Of a stretch of 56,850 nt of DNA, positions 7,220 to 15,292 are shown piece by piece (within the stretch, counting starts at the first letter, position 1; each line of letters starts with the position of its first letter). A model generated the notes under the pieces. It saw only the letters and a program-made list of their open reading frames with translations. It was not told where the DNA came from and searched no databases. The DNA is from a virus (Duplodnaviria; Caudoviricetes), in the IMG/VR virus record IMGVR_UViG_3300046171_000223, positions 1-56,850 of that record; one strand, 5' to 3'. The position numbers and the translations under genes are program-made.

Positions 7220-7453
7220 ATGAATCGCATGTTTATGATTAGCAGACCTCGCAATCTTCCAGATGTACCTCGTGAGATCGTAGAAGCAGCCACTGCTAAC
7301 TATCTAAAAAAGGGAGGAGTGATCAAGAAGCTACCCCCTTCTCCTGCATTTGAAGTCAACTGGAAGACCATTCAGGCTGGAGCATTTTCAAGCCTAGACG
7401 CATTCGACAATGTACCTCTGTCAGAACTGGGAGATGATTCTTATGGAGTTTAG
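7220..7453 (+). CDS. Small protein with SutA-like RNA-polymerase-binding motif
   Basis: REIVEAATANYLKKGGVIKKLPP resembles the FLxxGGxI motif of SutA-type domains. Confidence 0.55.
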   Translation: MNRMFMISRPRNLPDVPREIVEAATANYLKKGGVIKKLPPSPAFEVNWKTIQAGAFSSLDAFDNVPLSELGDDSYGV

Positions 7454-7784
7454 ATTCATGATGACAGTCCGCAAACAGATCGAATGCCATAAGCATGTAA
7501 AGATTAAGATTGCTCATCGGGATGTTATCAGTCGTTTGAACCTAAACGAAACCGATGCAAAGAATTGGAAAGATTTTGTTCCTGACTATCTTGAACAGTT
7601 TAAAGAACCTTTCGATCCTGAAGCAGAGTTAGCTAAGTATCGGAATGAAATTGAGAATATGTCCTTGATTGAGATGGTAGAAGCTCATCCAAGCAAAACA
7701 TCGCTGATGCATTTTGAACACAACACCCCTTCATCCGATTGGGATATCAGGGAACTGGATGCTGGTCGCTTGTCGCATAGCTAA
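7443..7784 (+). CDS. Hypothetical protein; paralogue of 1526..1825
   Basis: GGAG RBS before ATG 7443; ungapped similarity to the 1526 ORF. Confidence 0.7.
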   Translation: MEFRFMMTVRKQIECHKHVKIKIAHRDVISRLNLNETDAKNWKDFVPDYLEQFKEPFDPEAELAKYRNEIENMSLIEMVEAHPSKTSLMHFEHNTPSSDWDIRELDAGRLSHS

Positions 7785-7786
7785 TC

Positions 7787-7815
7787 TTGAGAGTATCGGG
7801 AGTCTGTGGTATACT
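7787..7815 (+). promoter_or_regulatory. Sigma70-type promoter of RNR
   Basis: TTGAGA-17-TATACT with TCGGG half-site in spacer. Confidence 0.7.
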
Positions 7816-7865
7816 ACAAGGTTCCCTTTCACCCTGTTTTCTTAGACCCTCTGAGCTAAAATGCT

Positions 7866-9782
7866 ATGCAATTCCCCAATGAATTATCTGAAAACATCTT
7901 TGTCCGTACCTACGCCAGATTCCTCCCAGATGAAATGCGAAGAGAAACCTACCCTGAAATGGTGGATAGGGTAGTTAGCTTTTACAAAGAAAGCTTCCCT
8001 GCTCTGTCTGAGCACGATGAAGGGATGATCCGTAAGTACATGTTGAATTTTGATGTCATGCCATCAATGCGACTAGCTTGGACTGCAGGGCCACCTGCTC
8101 GACAGTGTTCCATTGGAACCTATAACTGTTCAGCGATTGCAATTGAAAACATTCACTCCTTTGCAGAAGTGCTGTATCTCCTCCTTCATGGCACAGGTGT
8201 CGGATTTAATGCCCAGAAGAACGTAGTCTCCAAGCTACCTGTCATTGGTAAACCCCAGAATGTTCCTTCAAAAACAGTAGTCTTTGAAGACTCTAAAGAA
8301 GGTTGGGCTAGAGGTTTGTTAGAGTATCTAACGTATCTCTGGGATGGGTATGATGTTGAATACGATGTCAGTAAAATCAGACCGGAAGGCGCACCTCTGA
8401 AAACATTTGGAGGTAGAGCCAGTGGCCCACAACCTTTGATTGACACTCTAGTTTTCTGTAAGAAAATCATTCAAGGTGCAGCAGGAACACAATTAAGACC
8501 TATCGAAGTTCACGATATCATTTGTAAAATCGCTCAAAGTGTTGTGGTTGGTGGAGTTAGACGATCTGCTTTAATTTCCCTGTCAGATCTTGACGATAAA
8601 GAAATGGCTGTTGCCAAGGCTGGAGAGTTCTGGAACCACAATCCGCAACGTTCTTTAGCGAACAATTCAGTAGCTTACAACGGTAGACCGTCTGAGTCTC
8701 AGTTTTGGCAGGAGTGGGTCAATCTGGTAGCATCAGGCTCTGGAGAACGAGGCATCTTCAATCGGGAAGCAGCACTCAAAACTAGTCCTGCTCGTAGACA
8801 ATTTTCCGAGTACGACAAAGAGACTCTCTCTACGAATCCTTGTGCAGAGATCCTCCTCAAAGCATCAGGAGAGTTCTGTAACCTAACCAGTGTAGTAGTT
8901 AGACCCTCTGATGAGAAATGGGATCTAGCTTCCAAAGTCAGGGTCGCTACGATTATGGGTACGATCCAATCCAGCTTGGATAACTTTGGCTTTTTGGAAA
9001 AGCTCAATCCTGCGTGGCGAGAGAACTGTGATGAGGAGAGGTTGCTTGGATGTTCACTTTCAGGAGTAATGGATCACCCCACTCTCAGCAAAGATAAGCA
9101 GTTACTTAGAGACTTAAAAGAAGTAGCTATTCAAACCAACTGGGAGTACGCCAAGAAAATGGGAATTCGTCAAGCTGCAGCAATCACTACCGTAAAACCG
9201 GAAGGGACTGCTTCTACCTTGAATAATTCCTCATCAGGTTTTCACGCCAGATATGCCCCCTACTACATCCGCCACGTTCGCATCAACGCAACAGACCCTC
9301 TATACAAGATGATGCGAGATCAGGGTGTGCCGTTTCATCCTGAAGTAGGTCAGGAAAATCTAGAACCTGACCAAGTAAAAACTTGGGTGGCTGCTTTCCC
9401 TGTCAAATCACCAGATGGTGCAGTGACGATTGATCAGCTATCAGCTATCGACCAGTTAGAGATCTGGAAGACTCTTAAAGAGAGTTGGGCCGAGCATTCT
9501 GTTTCTGCGACCATCAACGTAGGACAGACAGAATGGGCTGAAGTAGGTCAGTGGGTCTGGGACAACTTTGACTTAATTACAGGTTTGTCCTTCCTCCCTC
9601 GGACAGATCATGTCTATAAACTGGCTCCGTTTGTTCCAGTGTCTAAAGAAGACTACGAAGAAGCGAAGGCTAAGTTTCCTACCCTTGATTACTCCCTCCT
9701 GTCTCGCTACGAATATGAAGATCACAACAACGGCACTCAGCAGGAGTGGGCTTGTGCTGGCAACAACTGTGAGTTGATCTAA
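7866..9782 (+). CDS. nrdJ: Class II (adenosylcobalamin) monomeric ribonucleoside-triphosphate reductase
   Basis: RTYAR, YNCS, GTGVGF, GGRASGP, GGVRRSA, TNPCAEI, VKPEGT, C-terminal CAGNNC; no small-subunit gene seen. Confidence 0.92.
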   Translation: MQFPNELSENIFVRTYARFLPDEMRRETYPEMVDRVVSFYKESFPALSEHDEGMIRKYMLNFDVMPSMRLAWTAGPPARQCSIGTYNCSAIAIENIHSFAEVLYLLLHGTGVGFNAQKNVVSKLPVIGKPQNVPSKTVVFEDSKEGWARGLLEYLTYLWDGYDVEYDVSKIRPEGAPLKTFGGRASGPQPLIDTLVFCKKIIQGAAGTQLRPIEVHDIICKIAQSVVVGGVRRSALISLSDLDDKEMAVAKAGEFWNHNPQRSLANNSVAYNGRPSESQFWQEWVNLVASGSGERGIFNREAALKTSPARRQFSEYDKETLSTNPCAEILLKASGEFCNLTSVVVRPSDEKWDLASKVRVATIMGTIQSSLDNFGFLEKLNPAWRENCDEERLLGCSLSGVMDHPTLSKDKQLLRDLKEVAIQTNWEYAKKMGIRQAAAITTVKPEGTASTLNNSSSGFHARYAPYYIRHVRINATDPLYKMMRDQGVPFHPEVGQENLEPDQVKTWVAAFPVKSPDGAVTIDQLSAIDQLEIWKTLKESWAEHSVSATINVGQTEWAEVGQWVWDNFDLITGLSFLPRTDHVYKLAPFVPVSKEDYEEAKAKFPTLDYSLLSRYEYEDHNNGTQQEWACAGNNCELI

Positions 9783-9787
9783 AATCC

Positions 9788-9816
9788 TTGACATACCCGA
9801 CATCTTACAAGATACT
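9788..9816 (+). promoter_or_regulatory. Promoter convergent on the integrase 3' end
   Basis: TTGACA-17-GATACT with CCCGACATC half-site. Confidence 0.6.
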
Positions 9817-9932
9817 ATCATTATCAACAGTCGATGTCGGCAAATCAAGAAAAGGCGAGTCCCTCTTGATCAGATCGTGAGTGAAGTGCAAGCATTGCTT
9901 GCACAATCTCTGCTGGAAAGCTGGCCCTCCGA

Positions 9933-9969
9933 GACTCGGGAGATGTTTGTTTATTTCTGCTCCCGAGTT
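9933..9969. terminator. Hairpin just downstream of the integrase stop
   Basis: GACTCGGGAG...CTCCCGAGTT; no clear U tract. Confidence 0.4.
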
Positions 9970-9976
9970 CCCTCCC

Positions 9977-11110
9977 CTATCTTTGCAGTGTCTCCAATGC
10001 TTTGCTGCTTGCTCCCTTTTTGTTAAGGTAGCCCATCGTAGTTTCGATGTTGCAGTGACGAGCAATCTGTTGTACGTCTGAAACAGGCACTCCAGCTTCC
10101 AGCATATGCGTAATTGCACTGGCCCGAAAACCATGCAAAGTTTTAGCAGCATCTTGCAACCCGACTTCTTTTAACACTTTATAGATAGTCTTGTTCAGCG
10201 AGTTCGGAGTAGCAGTCGCTGGAGTCCCATCTCCTTTGTCGAGAAAGTATTTCTCATCCGCCTTTCTGTTATTTAGATCCTCTAAGAGAAACTCTCGGAT
10301 CTTACCAACAATTGGTAGTTTTGCTTCTTTGTCTTTTTTTGGTTTCCAATCCAGTTCAGGAACAGCAGCAATCGTGATACTCATCTCCGACAAATCAATA
10401 TGTCGTAAAGGCAGTGACCACACTTCCCCTGCTCGGAGTCCGAAATAGCGTAACATCATCAAGGCTCTGTAGTTATTCATTGGACGATTCGGTGACCATC
10501 GTTGAACCCAAGCATCTCCTGAAGTGTCCTTTTGACTCTCTAAGTATTGCTCAAGTCTGTCGAGATCTGCTTCACTATAGGTTCTGACATTTTTGATGGC
10601 AGCATTTGGCTTTTCCAACTGTGGTGCTTTTGCAAGTAAACCTTCAGCAACCGCATAGTTGAGCATCATCTGGACAGGTTTAATATATGACCGAATTGTG
10701 TTTGCAGAACGTCCTGATTCTTTTAACTCTTTAATCATCAGACGAGTACTGACGTTTGTGATTTCTCCGATTTGTTTGTCTGAATTTTGTTTTTCAAAAA
10801 AAGCTAACCCCATTTCGTAGATCTTGATCGTCTTTGGATTCACCGACAAGTTAGCTAACCAATGTTCTTTGTACTCTTTAACGGTTGGGGTCTTTTGTCT
10901 ACTCGGTTGTCTTGGGGTTTTTAGACCGTCAAACTGTCGCAGCATTGCTTCGACAATTTTCTTATGTAGATAGTCTTCAGGATCTTTAGCGTTCTCCACT
11001 TCTTTGACGTTACAAAGAACCGTCATTCTCTCTTTGTTTTGAGTGGAGAACCGCAAGTAGTATTGTGGCTCAGATCCTTTATGCCACTTTTTGATTACGG
11101 TTCTCTTCAT
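9977..11110 (-). CDS. int: Tyrosine recombinase/integrase
   Basis: GLRAGE (R), LHGFRAS (HxxR), ARH, TTMGY catalytic motifs; central SAM-like domain. Confidence 0.92.
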   Translation of the reverse strand: MKRTVIKKWHKGSEPQYYLRFSTQNKERMTVLCNVKEVENAKDPEDYLHKKIVEAMLRQFDGLKTPRQPSRQKTPTVKEYKEHWLANLSVNPKTIKIYEMGLAFFEKQNSDKQIGEITNVSTRLMIKELKESGRSANTIRSYIKPVQMMLNYAVAEGLLAKAPQLEKPNAAIKNVRTYSEADLDRLEQYLESQKDTSGDAWVQRWSPNRPMNNYRALMMLRYFGLRAGEVWSLPLRHIDLSEMSITIAAVPELDWKPKKDKEAKLPIVGKIREFLLEDLNNRKADEKYFLDKGDGTPATATPNSLNKTIYKVLKEVGLQDAAKTLHGFRASAITHMLEAGVPVSDVQQIARHCNIETTMGYLNKKGASSKALETLQR

Positions 11111-11117
11111 AAATCCT

Positions 11118-11531
11118 TTAGCGTTTAGCGATTGGTGCGAGTGCCGCTTTCAGCAAATCTGATTCACCCTCTTCATTATCCATTCGTTTAATAATATCTC
11201 TCAACATTAGATTATTTCTCGCTACGATTTCCCGAATCATACGGACATCTTCAGAGATCATTTCCGTATTTACGGATTGGGCAGATCGCTTAACGATAGT
11301 TGTATGTCGAGCATCATCGGTTGCTTGACGTATTTTAACGGCAAGATCGTCAGGTAGTCCCAGTAGCTCAACAGCATCAAAGTAGGTATCGTCAGGGTAC
11401 TGATACCCACACTCTAACCTACTGATTTTCTTGATGTCCATCCCTGTTCTTTCCATAAACTGGAGTTGAGTCATCCTCAAATCTTTCTTTCTCACTGATT
11501 TGATTAGGTTTCCCAGTTCTATGTTATCCAT
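11118..11531 (-). CDS. XRE-family HTH repressor candidate
   Basis: LGNLIKSVRKKDLRMTQLQFMERTGMDIKKISRLECG; directly upstream of int and divergent from replication genes. Confidence 0.8.
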   Translation of the reverse strand: MDNIELGNLIKSVRKKDLRMTQLQFMERTGMDIKKISRLECGYQYPDDTYFDAVELLGLPDDLAVKIRQATDDARHTTIVKRSAQSVNTEMISEDVRMIREIVARNNLMLRDIIKRMDNEEGESDLLKAALAPIAKR

Positions 11532-11568
11532 GCGTCCTTTGTTTTTAGAATTAATATGAAAAAAATGC

Positions 11569-11597
11569 TTGACTCTCGTGAGTGCTCACTTTAATCT
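11569..11597 (+). promoter_or_regulatory. Promoter of replication operon
   Basis: TTGACT-17-TAATCT; spacer contains CTCGTGAG and GTGAG-tg-CTCAC. Confidence 0.65.
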
Positions 11598-11637
11598 CAT
11601 ACTTCATCGGGATCAACAACGATCCTGACTTGAGATA

Positions 11638-11666
11638 AGTGTCATATTTGTCTCAATATAAGTCAA
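11638..11666 (-). promoter_or_regulatory. Possible repressor/integrase promoter
   Basis: Minus strand TTGACT(11666-11661)-17-GACACT(11643-11638); weak -10. Confidence 0.4.
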
Positions 11667-11710
11667 GGAAAACTTTGACATTATTTAAAAAACTTTATTT
11701 TCGGAGTGTC

Positions 11711-13030
11711 ATGAAATTCAAAGGGAAACTGATAGGGGGTAGGCACAAACCCTATCCCTATCAGCGTAAGATCATCCGTCAGATGGCGAGAATGCCAGTG
11801 GCAATTCTCGGTGCAGAGATGGGAACTGGAAAGACTCTTATGTCTTTGATGTCAATGGAAGCCAGTGGTATCCAGAGACTTCTCGTGCTCTGTCCAGCAA
11901 TTGCAGTTAGAAACTGGTACAGGGAAGCCAAGCTTTGTGGATTTACAGGTGAAATCAGAGTGATGTCTTATGACATGGCAAGAGTTCCTAAACGGTCTAA
12001 AGAACTAAAAGCTTGGGGGTTTGATGGGATCATTCTTGATGAGGCACACTATTTAAAGAATTCTCAGGCTAAACGTACTCGTGCTGTTTACGGTGTAGCC
12101 TGTGATGGCAAAAGAGGTTTAGTCGAAGGGTGTGACAGGATATATGCACTGAGTGGCACGATAGCACCGAATAACGTGACCGAGTTGTATCCTCACTTAC
12201 GGTTTATGACTCCGACAAGGATCAAGTCTACCTTTTGGGGTTTTCGTACTCGCTACTGCTCTCTTAGAGAAACTCGCTACGGTGTCGAAATAACAGGCGC
12301 AAGGAATGTAGCCGAGTTGAAAGAGATCATGCGAGACATCTACATCCCACTACGACAGAAGGATGTCCTACCTGATCTACCTCCGCTAGTGATTAATGAT
12401 CGTGAGGTTGATCCAATCGACGCAAAAGAAGCGTTGCTGGAAATCAAGGAGTTGGAGAAACTGCCAGAGATCCAAGCAATGGTTGAGCATTTGGAAAATG
12501 CCGCAAGACCATCACCGTTGAATATGGGCGAGCATGTTGCTACACTCAGACGGTTGATTGGATCAGCCAAAGTCGGTGCAGCTTGCGAATATATACTCGA
12601 CATAGTCGAGAACTCACCAGAAAAGCTGATTGTTTTTTGCTACCATAAGCATGTCATGCAAGCTTTACTGGAGATTCTGCAGAAGAAGAAAGTCGATACT
12701 GTACTGGTGGATGGTAGTTGTAGCCAGAAACAACGTGCAGTAGCGATTGAAAGATTCCGTACCAAACCAGAGTGTAAGGTTTTTATCGGACAACTCAATG
12801 CTTGCGGTACGGCAATCACATTGACAGAAGCAAACCAAGTATTGTTTATTGAGCAGGATTGGACTCCAGCTAATAATCTGCAAGCAGCCAAAAGAGCGCA
12901 CAGAATTGGGCAGGATCGTCCGGTCTATGTAAACAACCTAATGTTGCACAATTCAATCGATGAGAGAATCAGTGCAGCTTTGACTGCTAAAACCCTACAC
13001 CTGATGGAGATCGGATTATGTGCAGCATAA
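11711..13030 (+). CDS. SNF2-like superfamily 2 helicase
   Basis: EMGTGKT, LDEAH, LSGT, QAAKRAHRIGQ; TCGGAG RBS before ATG 11711. Confidence 0.92.
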   Translation: MKFKGKLIGGRHKPYPYQRKIIRQMARMPVAILGAEMGTGKTLMSLMSMEASGIQRLLVLCPAIAVRNWYREAKLCGFTGEIRVMSYDMARVPKRSKELKAWGFDGIILDEAHYLKNSQAKRTRAVYGVACDGKRGLVEGCDRIYALSGTIAPNNVTELYPHLRFMTPTRIKSTFWGFRTRYCSLRETRYGVEITGARNVAELKEIMRDIYIPLRQKDVLPDLPPLVINDREVDPIDAKEALLEIKELEKLPEIQAMVEHLENAARPSPLNMGEHVATLRRLIGSAKVGAACEYILDIVENSPEKLIVFCYHKHVMQALLEILQKKKVDTVLVDGSCSQKQRAVAIERFRTKPECKVFIGQLNACGTAITLTEANQVLFIEQDWTPANNLQAAKRAHRIGQDRPVYVNNLMLHNSIDERISAALTAKTLHLMEIGLCAA

Positions 13031-13482
13031 CAAGTTTAACTATCGACACCTCAAATTTCTCAACTCAGCAGGTTGATCACTTGATGGCTTGTATTGCGGA
13101 GATTGAGACTGAAGTTCGTTATAAAAGTCTCAAGAATACCGACACCTCACCAAAGCTCACAACGGATCAAGCTCACGATGACATGGTCAGAGCAGTGCTT
13201 GATGCACCGTTACCCTTCTGGGAAGACGAGGATGGTATTGAGAAAATAGAACACAGTGAGCTATTCGCTAAACACGAAGCTTTGGTTGATAAGTTTAAAG
13301 AAGATTGGTTCAAGCAGTTTCGCATAACTGCCCAAGTCATTCGGGAGAAACAAGGTTGTGATCGATTCCAAGAACTCGTTCAAGATCTGAAATCTCTTGC
13401 TAACGGTGTCTCGTATGACGAGATACACAACTATCCAGAACAACAAGAGAAAATGATCTTCAGAATCCTGAGTGAACTATGA
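13018..13482 (+). CDS. Hypothetical replication-module protein
   Basis: 154-aa ORF coupled between helicase and nuclease. Confidence 0.7.
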   Translation: MCSITSLTIDTSNFSTQQVDHLMACIAEIETEVRYKSLKNTDTSPKLTTDQAHDDMVRAVLDAPLPFWEDEDGIEKIEHSELFAKHEALVDKFKEDWFKQFRITAQVIREKQGCDRFQELVQDLKSLANGVSYDEIHNYPEQQEKMIFRILSEL

Positions 13483-14642
13483 GAGCACATTCTAGATTTT
13501 CCGCATCAGCCTCTCATCGATGGCTGGAGTGTCCGGGTACAATTAAACTCTGTGAGCAGATTCCCAGAAAGACTAGCTTCTTCTCACAGGAAGGAACAGT
13601 AGCGCACACTCTCGCAGAACAGTGTTTCACTGGTGACATTCTCTTCCCTGAAGAAATGCTTGACCAAGAAATTGACGGTATAAAGATCACTCAGGAGATG
13701 GTCGATGCAGTCAACCTCTTTATCAATACAGTAGATTTATTTGGTGAGGGAAAAACAGAGTACGAAGTCCGACTCTCACTGGATTTGAAAGTTGGTAGAG
13801 ATGCAGGAGACCTGTTCGGAACAGCCGATGTCCTGCATGTCCTCAAGCAAGCAGGTAAGTTGCTGATCACTGTCTGTGACTACAAACATGGCAAGAACGT
13901 AGCTGTCGAAGTAGAGCATAACCCTCAGTTGATTTACTACGGATTAGGTGCAATTTTCCGAGAGATGAAGGCTCAAAAAAAGAAGGATCTCAACAAGTTT
14001 ATTCAGGATAACAATGTTCATGTCCGCCTGATGATCGTGCAACCCAGAGCAGAACACGAAAGTGGGCCAGTGAGAGAGTGGGTTGCTCTACCTGAAGATA
14101 TGATGGCCTATGCCAAGGTATTTGCTGAAGCAATCAATTTTGCACTGAAAAACCCAGATAAATACAATGTGGGAGATCAGTGTCGCTTTTGTGATGGCAA
14201 AGGGATTTGTCCTGAATACAACAAGGATGAACAAGACGAGATTGCTGAAATCAATCCTGAGATTTTATCTAAGTCTCCCAATGAATTGACACCTGAAGAA
14301 TTGGCTGATGCGTTGGATCAGTGCCAACTCTTAGAGGGTGCAATCAAACGGTTCCGTTCCTACGCACTTGCTGTGATGGGAGAAGGAACCGTCCTCCCGA
14401 GTTGGACTCTGGAACCAACTCGCCCGACTCGACGATGGACTGATGAGTCGGCTGTTCGTGAGAAACTTCTGAAGATGGGGGTCACCCCAGATCTTTTCAG
14501 TAGTGAACAACTCCGGTCTCCAGCACAGATTCGTTCTGTCTTGGAGACTGAGCAGTATGATGCGTTGTCTGAATTTATAGAGTCTAAATCTTCTGGACTC
14601 AAACTATCTAAGTCCGACTCGGACGGTTTACACTTATTATAG
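13479..14642 (+). CDS. DUF2800-like Cas4/PD-(D/E)XK exonuclease
   Basis: HSRFSASASHRWLECPG, EGTVAH, FGTAD, DYKHG, QLIYY, CRFC...CP. Confidence 0.88.
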   Translation: MRAHSRFSASASHRWLECPGTIKLCEQIPRKTSFFSQEGTVAHTLAEQCFTGDILFPEEMLDQEIDGIKITQEMVDAVNLFINTVDLFGEGKTEYEVRLSLDLKVGRDAGDLFGTADVLHVLKQAGKLLITVCDYKHGKNVAVEVEHNPQLIYYGLGAIFREMKAQKKKDLNKFIQDNNVHVRLMIVQPRAEHESGPVREWVALPEDMMAYAKVFAEAINFALKNPDKYNVGDQCRFCDGKGICPEYNKDEQDEIAEINPEILSKSPNELTPEELADALDQCQLLEGAIKRFRSYALAVMGEGTVLPSWTLEPTRPTRRWTDESAVREKLLKMGVTPDLFSSEQLRSPAQIRSVLETEQYDALSEFIESKSSGLKLSKSDSDGLHLL

Positions 14643-14653
14643 ATAAGGTCGAT

Positions 14654-15250
14654 ATGGCTAAAGCAAATGATACATTCAAACCAGTACTGGTCGCTACTCC
14701 AAAAACAGAGATGATCTTTGTGAAACTCCTGCAGGAAGCTACCTACGAAGGTGACAAGCAGGGCCACTACGAAGCAACAATGCTGATGAATCCTAAAGAT
14801 AATTGGGATGATGTCCGCAATGCAGTAGCCGAAGCTGGTGCAGGATTTAAGGGGAAGTGGCATAACCCGATTCGAAGTGATGCCAAGGATTGGCTTCCTG
14901 ACGGATGGGAGTATATCAAGATTAAGAAGACCATTCAGAAACGTGATGATCGTGGCGAACCGTTGACCAATGTCAATATCGTTGATGGGCAGAAGCGTAA
15001 GCTCACCGACGATGCTGCTGCGGATCAAGTCTTCAATGGTATGCATGGTCGTGCTGCTCTTTACATTATGCCCTATTCTAAGGGAGGTAATGGCGTGACT
15101 GCGAGAATCGATACGATTCAAGCATTGGGTGGCGAACGTCGAGCATCTGGTTTGGGACTTCTAGATGTCGAGGATACTGACATCTCAGAAGACTCAGATC
15201 ATCTAACGGATGATGCACTTGATGAAATCTTCAAGGGCAAAGCCGCATAA
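14654..15250 (+). CDS. ssDNA-binding protein (DUF2815-like)
   Basis: Position between DUF2800-like gene and PolA; Y..GGNGVTARIDTIQ; acidic C-terminal tail. Confidence 0.75.
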   Translation: MAKANDTFKPVLVATPKTEMIFVKLLQEATYEGDKQGHYEATMLMNPKDNWDDVRNAVAEAGAGFKGKWHNPIRSDAKDWLPDGWEYIKIKKTIQKRDDRGEPLTNVNIVDGQKRKLTDDAAADQVFNGMHGRAALYIMPYSKGGNGVTARIDTIQALGGERRASGLGLLDVEDTDISEDSDHLTDDALDEIFKGKAA

Positions 15251-15261
15251 CTAGTAACGAT

Positions 15262-15284
15262 CTCGGGCGAAAGCCCGAGTTCTC
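15262..15284 (+). terminator. GNRA hairpin after the SSB gene (weak terminator or stabiliser)
   Basis: CTCGGGC-GAAA-GCCCGAG followed by TTCTC. Confidence 0.55.
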
Positions 15285-15292
15285 GGAGGACT

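Noticed and set aside
13479-14642. Cas4-like gene as part of a CRISPR system
   Set aside because: It sits in the standard nuclease-SSB-PolA replication module; no array or other cas genes
14360-15121. 253-aa minus-strand ORF and other antisense ORFs in the track
   Set aside because: Shadows of well-supported genes on the opposite strand, with no recognisable motifs
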